Positions 1 to 8,057 of a stretch of 41,908 nucleotides of DNA are shown here, piece after piece. Location: the NCBI GenBank assembly GCA_011053135.1, contig DRLG01000103.1, forward strand, positions 1 through 41,908, written 5' to 3'. Made by a program: the position numbers and the translations under genes. The notes under the pieces are model-generated. The model was not told the DNA's origin. It did not search any database and was given only the letters and a program-made list of their open reading frames with translations. Each line of letters begins with the position of its first letter. The stretch's first letter is position 1. The DNA comes from Chromatiales bacterium (GTDB lineage Bacteria > Pseudomonadota > Gammaproteobacteria > SZUA-140).

Positions 1-1240
1 CGGTTAATGCCGCGGTGGTTTCGCTGCCGCTGGTCGATTTGGCGCCGCTCCAGGCGCCGCTCGCGGTGCAGCTCACCGCGTCCGCCGAGGACCAGGTCAG
101 GGCCGCGGGGGTGCCTTCGACGACCGTGCTCACACTGGCGGTGAAATTGATGCTGGGGCTGGCGGCGCTACCGCCGCCATCCGTCAACTTATAGACAAAA
201 ACATTGCTATTGATGCCCGTAACAACGATAAAAGCGTTGAAGTCCGGCATGTAGCGGAAGCGGCCAAATGTACCACGGTAACTGTAGCTGTAGGGATCAC
301 CCGGGTTGACGCTATTGCTGGCTGCATGACGAGTCCACACCCGGGTATCCAGGTCAAGGGTATACACGTCCGAGCCACTACCCCATGCCACCATTTGATC
401 GCTCACGGGGTCGTAGACAAGGCCCGGCGCATCGGCGTCTTCAATTTCACGAGCACCACTGGCTCCCAAAGGAGACCGCCCCCCAAGCTTTCCTGTCGAA
501 TCCGCCGTATAAATGTATGCAGTACCCCGGCCAATGGAGACAAACTTCCTGCGCTGGGGGTCAAATGCAGCGGTATGCCCAAGGTCTCGGGCAGGCAAAC
601 TGTTATTGTGGTGACGCCAGGTATTGGCATTCGCATCATAATCAGCAGATGCGGAATACCCGACCATAAGCACCTTCTCGCTGACCGGGTCATAGACACT
701 CGTCATACTGAATTCAGTGACATCATACAATCCACCAACAATATCCTGTCGGCGCTGCCAGCGATTCGTATCGAAGTCAAACAGCCAGGTACCACGCGTC
801 GCATTGCCGCTCGGCCAAACCGAACCACCGGCTGCAAAAAACCGGTCCTGGACTGGCAGGTATTGAAGTTGATCGTAGGTGTGAACCGAGACAGGTGATG
901 AACTGGGCTCTGTTAAGCGCAGCCACTTCCCTTGCGCCACATCAAATGCATACAGTTCATTGCCAGCATAATTATTGTGCCCACCGCCCCAAACGACGAG
1001 CCTGTTTCGCTTGGTATCGTATGCGCCGCCACTCCAGGCACCGATGATAAATTCAGGATTTCCTTCAGGAACCGGCGAAGGCAGCACGTCCCTGAGCTTT
1101 GAATTGGGAATCTCATACCACTGACCGGGCTGAAGATCTTGAATCGGGCCCGCAGCCACCGTACCTGACCCCATGAACACAATAAGTGCTGCGAGCATAT
1201 GCAACACTAATAAATATTTTGCGGGAAGCCTTATTATCAC
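1..1240 (-). CDS. Secreted Kelch-like beta-propeller protein with a C-terminal Ig-like region; the 3' end runs off the left window edge
   Basis: Absent from the ORF track because it is open at the window edge. My hand translation of the reverse strand is stop-free from nt 1 up to an in-frame TAG at 1250-1252. Start candidates are GTG 1240 (AGGTGA at 1246-1251, 5-nt spacer) or ATG 1198. The N-terminus VIIRLPAKYLLVLHMLAALIVFMGSGTVAA/GP looks like a signal peptide. Blade-like motifs recur: YDTKRNRLVVWGGG, YDPVSEKVLMVG, FDPQRRKFVSIG, YDPVSDQMVAWG. The tail is SINFTASVSTVVEGTPAALTWSSADAVSCTASGAWSG. The track ORFs at 184-1182 are shadows of this frame. Confidence 0.6.
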   Translation of the reverse strand, partial: MIIRLPAKYLLVLHMLAALIVFMGSGTVAAGPIQDLQPGQWYEIPNSKLRDVLPSPVPEGNPEFIIGAWSGGAYDTKRNRLVVWGGGHNNYAGNELYAFDVAQGKWLRLTEPSSSPVSVHTYDQLQYLPVQDRFFAAGGSVWPSGNATRGTWLFDFDTNRWQRRQDIVGGLYDVTEFSMTSVYDPVSEKVLMVGYSASADYDANANTWRHHNNSLPARDLGHTAAFDPQRRKFVSIGRGTAYIYTADSTGKLGGRSPLGASGAREIEDADAPGLVYDPVSDQMVAWGSGSDVYTLDLDTRVWTRHAASNSVNPGDPYSYSYRGTFGRFRYMPDFNAFIVVTGINSNVFVYKLTDGGGSAASPSINFTASVSTVVEGTPAALTWSSADAVSCTASGAWSGAKSTSGSETTAALT

Positions 1241-1509
1241 GTAAGTCACCTACTGATTCCTTTTACATTATCAACGTGCCTGGTGCCTGTGCCCACTGCG
1301 GAGTTGAGCTGGATGAGCTGGAGATTAATCCAGCATCCAAGAAAAATCTGCGAACCAGATCATATTAGGTCTGTGATATGTATTGGAATCAGTATGGTTA
1401 CCCTTAAATTATGGCATTTCCTTCATGGAGCCAAGCTTACTAGGGCAACACCGGATAATAACTAGGGCGGTGCCGGACAATCATCAGCGCAGCACCGGGG
1501 AAGGAACCA

Positions 1510-1529
1510 CCCCATAGTAAGCTATGGGG
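1510..1529 (-). terminator. 8-bp hairpin downstream of the heparinase-like gene; possible weak terminator
   Basis: ccccatag-taag-ctatgggg is a perfect 8-bp inverted repeat 69 nt past the stop at 1598. There is no clear U-tract on the minus strand. Confidence 0.25.
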
Positions 1530-1597
1530 TATCGAATCCTGGTTTTTATTTAGTGCGCTTCATGTGGACAGAAATATAACCCGGAGAGATTTAATAA

Positions 1598-3826
1598 TCA
1601 GTTAGTGAAATAGAAAAATTGCAACCAAAACGCCACCGCAATCCAGGCGCCTGAAGACAGCAAGTACAACGTATTTTCAGACCGCCGATAAAACCGACGA
1701 ACCCCGAAAAACAATAGCTCCTGTAAAACAAATAAAGCGAAAATCAGATACGTGACCTTTAAACGATAAGGATATAGCAGGTGGAATCCTTTATACTCGG
1801 CCGCAGCTGCCTGAAAGTTTGACTTAATTGCTAACATGCGCTCTGCAATCTTGCCTTTATCAGGACGAACAAGTGAAAGTGACGCAATACTTGTTTCACC
1901 ATCACGCACATCTACTAACGCCTGCCCACGAACAATTTTCAAATCACCACTAGCCAATGGAATGGACAACTGCCAATCTTCCGGTCCCTTCCATTCATCC
2001 ATTATCGGCTTCATGAGTTGCGGCGGGTTTCCCCCATAAAGAGACATTTTCCATACCGTAGCCACCCATCCAGAACCCGGAATTCGAACATTAAACGCTT
2101 CGGACTCATAAACTTCCCGCTCCATGGCAACCAGACCGACAAACGGTTCCAAACTCCCGCGCAATTGCTCAATGACAGACTCATTGGATCCTAAAAAAGC
2201 TACGCCTAAAGAAGCATGTGACATTGAACTTCTTAGCGTATACCCCCCATCAAAGCCCCCTTCTTGAACAGAAACATTCGGAAATGTTGTCCATGCATAT
2301 TGCGTTGTGCGCCTCAAGGCATCTTCCACGTTATCCAAGACAAGCCAGAGGTCATCACCGATGTGCACCACTTGACGGCGAGCAACATAGCCGTCTGCAT
2401 TACTCCGTTGGACATCAACAACAGACAGGCCTTTTTTTGATCCATAAAATAAAAGTTCGGCTTTTCTTTGAATTTTTGGATTCTCGCCCTCAATATGTGG
2501 TGCATTCGAGCCATCCCAGGACCAGGCTTTATCAAGATATTTGGCGCCGTATGACCAATAGCCGACATTCGTCCACCAAGTTTGCCCGCCACCCCAAAGC
2601 AATACACTCAGTTCATCAGCGTGCTTATGGCCATGCCCTTCAAAATTTGACCATGCGATAACTGTCTGATTAGATTTCTCTTCCCATCCATCTTTTTCAA
2701 GCCCACTCCACCAGACAGCGTAGCCCGCAACCGGGGCTAAAAATTCTGGCTGCTTATCTCCCCAACTTTCAGGAACAAAAAGCTTGCTTGCCCGGCCCTG
2801 GTTATCCAACTCCGTTACATGAACGGCCTTGCCAGCAGAATTTTCTGTATTACCAAACATCGGCAGAGTTCCATCCGGACGCCGCAACTGCGCATAAAAA
2901 ATCTTGGCCTTTTTATATTTATCAGCCCAATCATCGGGTATAGGCAAGTCCAACAATGTCATATACCGCAAAACCATTCCCATCAACTCTAGGCCAAACT
3001 CATGGTAGCCTGCGGAGTGCTCCAGAACGACGCCTTCCTGGTTAATAAAAAATCCAAATTGTTCCTGTAACCGATCAATGGCCAACTGAGTATATTGCTT
3101 ACGCATCGGCAATTCTGGAAACGCAACGGCAATGTGTAACAATGCAATATTTTGCATTACCCCGTGATTAGTCGAAAAGGTAAAATGGTCGGATTTGGAA
3201 AGCATATTTGCGCTGCGCACAACCGCCTGCACAATGAGGCGCGCGTCATCGTGGCTATACTGATCATGATGACGATACCATCGCCACAACCTACCAAGGA
3301 TATACACTCGCTGGGCAATCGCATGATCATTCCATAAATATCCTGGCTCGAGCCAAGCCTCGCGTTCATACTGTGCCCAAGCAACAATATAATCACGAGC
3401 CGCAAGGAAATATTTTTCATCACCGGTTATTTCATAAGCATCCAACAGATACTTTGGAATAAGCAGACTTGCTGTGAGCAGCTGAAATGTCGGGCCGCCT
3501 TTATGTAGATCCTGCGGATCAAAAGAACGGCTTATTTCTATCTCAGGATATCGGGGGATACGAAACTCCCCTTCCAATATACGTTCTGCAATTTCAAGTT
3601 TCTGCCAGCTGCTTGGTGCCAGCTCATGAATCAGGGAAGTTTTACTGATCTCATCAATAACATCATCACTTGGTGCACTCCGCAACTGTTCCAGAGTGCC
3701 ATCATCAATCGAGTCAGTTTTTACATAAAAATATAATAAGACCGGCACCCAAATTGACAATATTATCAATATGGGAAAAACCCTACTAAATATATACACA
3801 GGCACTTTACTCATTTTTGCATTCAC
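1598..3826 (-). CDS. Membrane-anchored heparinase II/III (alginate-lyase-like) family protein
   Basis: 742-aa ORF. N-terminal TM segment VPVYIFSRVFPILIILSIWVPVLLYFYV. C-terminal hydrophobic pair LKVTYLIFALFVLQELLFFGV and LLSSGAWIAVAFWLQFFYF. Central motifs typical of the family as I recall it: WNDHAIAQRVYILGRLW and EGHGHKHADELSVLLWGGG. Confidence 0.6.
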   Translation of the reverse strand: MNAKMSKVPVYIFSRVFPILIILSIWVPVLLYFYVKTDSIDDGTLEQLRSAPSDDVIDEISKTSLIHELAPSSWQKLEIAERILEGEFRIPRYPEIEISRSFDPQDLHKGGPTFQLLTASLLIPKYLLDAYEITGDEKYFLAARDYIVAWAQYEREAWLEPGYLWNDHAIAQRVYILGRLWRWYRHHDQYSHDDARLIVQAVVRSANMLSKSDHFTFSTNHGVMQNIALLHIAVAFPELPMRKQYTQLAIDRLQEQFGFFINQEGVVLEHSAGYHEFGLELMGMVLRYMTLLDLPIPDDWADKYKKAKIFYAQLRRPDGTLPMFGNTENSAGKAVHVTELDNQGRASKLFVPESWGDKQPEFLAPVAGYAVWWSGLEKDGWEEKSNQTVIAWSNFEGHGHKHADELSVLLWGGGQTWWTNVGYWSYGAKYLDKAWSWDGSNAPHIEGENPKIQRKAELLFYGSKKGLSVVDVQRSNADGYVARRQVVHIGDDLWLVLDNVEDALRRTTQYAWTTFPNVSVQEGGFDGGYTLRSSMSHASLGVAFLGSNESVIEQLRGSLEPFVGLVAMEREVYESEAFNVRIPGSGWVATVWKMSLYGGNPPQLMKPIMDEWKGPEDWQLSIPLASGDLKIVRGQALVDVRDGETSIASLSLVRPDKGKIAERMLAIKSNFQAAAAEYKGFHLLYPYRLKVTYLIFALFVLQELLFFGVRRFYRRSENTLYLLSSGAWIAVAFWLQFFYFTN

Positions 3827-3900
3827 TGGATATCACAGAGACCTAGTCATAAGCAGATGGAAATCTGCCGTTAATGAATAGCCGCTTGAAAAGTTAGGGA

Positions 3901-3916
3901 TTAGGGGAACCCCTAA
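3901..3916 (-). terminator. Palindrome ttaggggaacccctaa downstream of the glycosyltransferase stop; possible terminator
   Basis: 7-bp arms, 38 nt past the stop at 3954. On the minus strand it is followed by tccctaactttt, so the T-run is not immediately adjacent. Confidence 0.25.
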
Positions 3917-3953
3917 ACAATAGAAATTCGCATCAACATTACCTACACCATTA

Positions 3954-5198
3954 TCATGAAAAAGAATCAAATATTTTGGCCAGTTCTTTCGCTTGTGAGC
4001 GGCGTGAATATTTCGAAACCTGAGAGTCGAGAATTTTCAGCCCTTCCCTCTTCCTAATACGATCGAGGAAATCTGCCAATTTAGTTCGAATATCCTCCAT
4101 CGAGTCAAGCTGTGCAATGGTGTCCACTCCACACTCCTGGAGCAGCTGTGCAGTATCCCCATGACGATCAGTGAGGGCCAGGATTGGCCGTTTAGCCCGA
4201 AGATATTCGTACACCTTTGCCGGAATGAGATGGTTGCAATTGGCAGCCTGAAAAACCAGAAGTCCGTCAGCCCCCAGCATCTCTTTAAGGGCATCACTGT
4301 AATCAATGGCTGGCTCCAAGCTGATAATATCTCCAATGCCAGAATCATTGATCATCTTGATATATGTATCCTCATTGCCACTCGCCCTCAAGATGATGTT
4401 TAAGCTTGATGCAGATACAAGTCCCTGCTTCTTGAGTTCAGAGATCGCAGCAAAAAATGGCCGTGGGTCACGTTCCGAAGGATATAGCAGACCACTGTGA
4501 ACAAGCTTTATTGGCGCCCCAGGCACCCGGCGCTCGACAGTGCTCCCCCCCTCTACAGAGCGAAAATTTTCCTCATCATAGCCGTTACGTATAAAAGTCC
4601 ACCGTGACTCTGGCAAATCTTGATATCGCTCCGCGTACATACGCGTAACGCTAGGCGTTGTAAAAACGACCTTGTTTGCAGTGGTGACTGTACGTCGTTC
4701 GATTCTTGAGTAAACCTTGCGCATTTTGGGATCTGGTGGATAATCATCATCCACCATGGAGTCACGAAAATCGGCAACCCAAGGTAACCCAGACATGTTG
4801 TGCAGCGTGCGACCGATAAGATGCGCCGTCGCAATGGGATAGGTCGACCAGATAACTTGGGGCTTGAGCCGCCGTATCAAATTCAAGCCTACGGGCACTG
4901 CCCCCATCCACCAGGTAACCCAACGGTCAGGCGTCGCAAGGAGCCCAGGATATCTACCGCCAACGCCTAGATGTTTGGCGGTATCCAAGGCAAAGGCCCG
5001 CTTCACTATGATTTCTTCCGGGATTTCACCTAGTTGATCCTCCCCAACTTGAGGATAGGCCCGTGGATGGGCCGTGAGAATAATCGGCTCCCAGCCATTT
5101 TCCCGCAGATACTGAGAGAATTTAAGCGTGCGTTGTAGGCCACTGCTACCCCGTACCGGCGGGTAATGATAGGCGACCATCAAAACTTTTTTTGTCAT
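3954..5198 (-). CDS. GT-B fold glycosyltransferase (GT4-like)
   Basis: The track ORF is 3954-5249. I prefer ATG 5198, giving MTKKVLMVAYHYPPVRGSSGLQRTLKFSQYL, a typical glycosyltransferase N-terminus. The C-terminal part ends with NCNHLIPAKVYEYLRAKRPILAL. Confidence 0.6.
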   Translation of the reverse strand: MTKKVLMVAYHYPPVRGSSGLQRTLKFSQYLRENGWEPIILTAHPRAYPQVGEDQLGEIPEEIIVKRAFALDTAKHLGVGGRYPGLLATPDRWVTWWMGAVPVGLNLIRRLKPQVIWSTYPIATAHLIGRTLHNMSGLPWVADFRDSMVDDDYPPDPKMRKVYSRIERRTVTTANKVVFTTPSVTRMYAERYQDLPESRWTFIRNGYDEENFRSVEGGSTVERRVPGAPIKLVHSGLLYPSERDPRPFFAAISELKKQGLVSASSLNIILRASGNEDTYIKMINDSGIGDIISLEPAIDYSDALKEMLGADGLLVFQAANCNHLIPAKVYEYLRAKRPILALTDRHGDTAQLLQECGVDTIAQLDSMEDIRTKLADFLDRIRKREGLKILDSQVSKYSRRSQAKELAKIFDSFS

Positions 5199-5745
5199 GA
5201 CAAACACCCAATCAATAAACATTCCAGAAACATGTTCATGCCCCAGCATAACCCCATAAATTTATTCATAGCAATCAGCGAGTTAACTCCCTTTAGCGCC
5301 TGTGCTGGTACCTGGATCTGGGTGAGGGGCCTTGCAGAAAATGACTCGAATTTAGTCCGTATTGCGTTGAAACCAAGGCCGTTGAAATTTACCGCTTATC
5401 AGCAGCTGCCCTTGTCCCATACCGCCCCCACTTTTCTCTAATCACTGCCAAACATCAAACTCAATGATGTTAACATAAGGCCATGCAGCCAATACAATAA
5501 TCGCGGGAAATCGGCTGCCCTCTAGGTTACTTGGTTTTTATCATGCCCGAGTCCGTATTAACCTGAATTTACCTGACACGGTAGCCGCTCCTTTATGCAT
5601 TACATTCTTCTCTGTACTGGTACCTTGGATGGCCCAGCCTCTCTTACATTGGGCACACACCCATCCAGCCATCGCTGCAAGATTTTCCATTTTTAGCGAA
5701 ATTTGGCCATGCGGAAACCTCACTTCACTTACTCAACATAGATCT

Positions 5746-6903
5746 ATGAATATTTGCAAAACCCACGTCACTCTTATCAACAATGAGAACGAGCTCCCAT
5801 CACTCAGGGATGCCTGGAATCGACTAGCGGAATTAACGAACAAGCATTCAGTTTACCTACGTTTTGAATGGTTCGATGCCGCTTGGCAATGGCGCAAGGA
5901 AACCCACAAACTATCCATACTCGCTGTATGGCGCGACGATAAACTCATTGGCATATGCCCACTTATGTCATCTGTATCAACACGCTACTTTATGAAAACG
6001 CATGAACTTGCCTTTCTAACAGTTCCCGACACTCAAAATTGCAACATTCTGGCTGACCCCGCAGAAATTGATGAGGTTCTATCGGTGTTGATTGATTTTT
6101 TAGCTGGCGGATCAATTCGATGGGACTATCTCGAACAAGAAAAGCTGGAGCAGAATGCCCCATGCCTTCATCGACTACCTGCTTTATTGCAAAACCACAA
6201 GTTAGCAACACGGACAGTAAACGATGGCAACAACCCCGGGTTCAGCTTAAAAGGTACCTGGGAGGAGTACTACGCACGACGGAGTAGGCGACTAAAGAAA
6301 GGTAACAACTACATAGCCAACCAACTAAAAAAATCAGGCAAAACCGTTGAAATTCGTCAGACAAGATCTAACGCCAGTTACGCCGCCGCCATTGAATCAC
6401 TGTCAGCGGCGATAAACCTGTCATCACGCAGCTGGAAAACAAAAACTGGCCTTACTTTGGAAAATCCAGGGCCATCAGCATTCATCAAAAGGCTGTCAGA
6501 TCATGCGCATCAGCAGGGATGGCTATCCATCTGGCTCCTATACCTGGATGACGCGCCTGCCGCCATGGAATACCAACTTACTTATAATGGTATCGTCTCA
6601 GCACTTCGGGCCGACTATGACTCTTCTCTTGACGACTTGTCGCCCGGCACCTATTTGAACTGGAAACTTACTGAGCAGCTATTTTCAGCGGAGCTTCAGC
6701 GCTACGATATGGGTCCCGGAGATATCGCCTACAAGCGACGGTGGGCCGAGCAATTTCAGGACTTGTATCGCATAAAAGTGTATAACCGCACCTTGCGCGG
6801 AACCGCATTGGGAATCATCGAAAACACATTGCGCCCAGCTCTTAAGCAATTGATCGAATCAATTCGCAGCCTAATGCAAAAGGATTCCCCCTCAAAAAAA
6901 TGA
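5746..6903 (+). CDS. CelD/BioF2-like GNAT acyltransferase (FemAB-like fold)
   Basis: The track ORF is 5629-6903. Internal ATG 5746 (MNICKTHVTLINNENELPSLRDAWNRLAE) is the likely start. RRSRRLKKGNNYIANQLKK and the C-terminal RYDMGPGDIAYKRRWA resemble the CelD/FemAB-type signature. They parallel KQRAMVRKGIKGG and FDFGRSKQGTGSFSFKKNWGF in the FemAB-like gene at 23044-24087. Confidence 0.55.
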   Translation: MNICKTHVTLINNENELPSLRDAWNRLAELTNKHSVYLRFEWFDAAWQWRKETHKLSILAVWRDDKLIGICPLMSSVSTRYFMKTHELAFLTVPDTQNCNILADPAEIDEVLSVLIDFLAGGSIRWDYLEQEKLEQNAPCLHRLPALLQNHKLATRTVNDGNNPGFSLKGTWEEYYARRSRRLKKGNNYIANQLKKSGKTVEIRQTRSNASYAAAIESLSAAINLSSRSWKTKTGLTLENPGPSAFIKRLSDHAHQQGWLSIWLLYLDDAPAAMEYQLTYNGIVSALRADYDSSLDDLSPGTYLNWKLTEQLFSAELQRYDMGPGDIAYKRRWAEQFQDLYRIKVYNRTLRGTALGIIENTLRPALKQLIESIRSLMQKDSPSKK

Positions 6904-7025
6904 TAAAAAAATCGGGCAGTGCTCACATCCCCCAGACTGAATTTGCACCCCCTCCGAGAGGCCTTGCCTTTCCGCTTCCAGGGAGAACCCCTGAAGGGGC
7001 GAAAAAAGCGGGCGATACTTTGCTG

Positions 7026-7706
7026 TTACTTGACCTGCAAATCAATACTCGGATTCCAAGCGTTTTTACGCTTGAGACTATCCTTTAGCCCAGGCAAGGG
7101 ATAGCCCAGAGCGTAGGCTTTTTCGGCAAAGCTCATGGCCTTCTCATAGTCCTTCTGATCAAGATACAGAAGGCCCATGTTGTAATAAAGCTCAGCAGAT
7201 TCGGGCAATAACTTCATAGCTTGCCGGTAATTTTTTATTGCCTCTTCAAATTTCCCCTGCTTACTCAGAAAAATGCCATAGACCATATAAACCACGCCAT
7301 CCGTCGGCCGAAAATGCAATGCCCGCTGAAAATAACAGTCTGCCGACCACTTCGCGCCATCAGTCCTCACTCCAGAAGTATAAAGACGTGCCATAGTATA
7401 GAGGCCACGATGATGATTCGGAACGGCACGTAACAGATAGTCCAAGTCAGTCATTATGTAGGCGCCAGTTTGCCCTCCCTTCAATGTCTGAATATCCATA
7501 TTGAAATGGTGCTTCTCAACAATGGGAATCCTCAACGGATCACGCCGATCAGCAGGGTTAGTATAATCAAAGGGCCCAACACCATTCGAGAATGGATCAC
7601 CACAATCTTCTGCATGAACAGCGCCCACAAAGAATAGAAAAATCAAACCAATGACTAGCGGTGAGCTGCATGTATGGCGTGATACCCTGACATCATGACC
7701 AACCAT
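7026..7706 (-). CDS. Secreted TPR-repeat protein with an uncharacterised N-terminal domain
   Basis: The track ORF is 7026-7949. ATG 7706 gives MVGHDVRVSRHTCSSPLVIGLIFLFFVGAVHA/EDCGDP, a signal peptide, with AAAGG 8 nt upstream. The C-terminal half has TPR-like repeats (EEAIKNYRQAMKLLPESAELYYNMGLLYLDQKDYEKAMSFAEKAY). The N-terminal half has VEKHHF and AVPNHHRGLY motifs. Confidence 0.55.
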   Translation of the reverse strand: MVGHDVRVSRHTCSSPLVIGLIFLFFVGAVHAEDCGDPFSNGVGPFDYTNPADRRDPLRIPIVEKHHFNMDIQTLKGGQTGAYIMTDLDYLLRAVPNHHRGLYTMARLYTSGVRTDGAKWSADCYFQRALHFRPTDGVVYMVYGIFLSKQGKFEEAIKNYRQAMKLLPESAELYYNMGLLYLDQKDYEKAMSFAEKAYALGYPLPGLKDSLKRKNAWNPSIDLQVK

Positions 7707-8057
7707 TACTCGACCTTTCGTAGCTGTACCAATTACCATAGAAGAAAAAACCAGATCAGAAGACCATAGAATATAGTATGATTTCCATCGCCCTAACCAT
7801 ACCAGAGTCATATAGAGTACCAAGTTGAACTGATGTATGTAAGAGTAACGGGCTGAATATACATTTACGCAGGCGGCGGGCTTCAGCCATCTAAATAATA
7901 TCCGCAACCTCTTGATTATGTATGGATTTGTGAGAAAATTCCTCACCACCTGCGTTTTTTATTTCGCGCCCCCCAGCAAGCATCGGGGCATCAGTAAATA
8001 CCCAACTAGCCCCTCCCCTTGAAGGACCCAGGGCACCTATCAGAGAGTATCCTAAAA

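Noticed and set aside
184-1182. Track ORFs 184-378, 326-898, 385-669, 403-699 and 913-1182
   Set aside because: They are mutually overlapping, compositionally odd, and all lie within the long stop-free minus-strand frame that encodes the Kelch-like protein.
5199-5249. N-terminal extensions of track ORFs: 5249, 5629-5745, 7707-7949, 15067-15096, 18237-18260, 30867-30983, 35254-35298 and 38091-38159
   Set aside because: Internal starts reproduce family-typical N-termini, signal peptides or lipoboxes and have better RBS context. The extensions add non-homologous, often Cys/Trp-rich residues. Start choice is still unverified.
6904-7025. Possible terminator in the convergent gap between the CelD-like gene and the TPR gene (ccgctt...cccctgaagggg...aagcgg)
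   Set aside because: Only short 4-6 bp stems are present, with A/T runs on the wrong side for either strand. It is not convincing as an intrinsic terminator.
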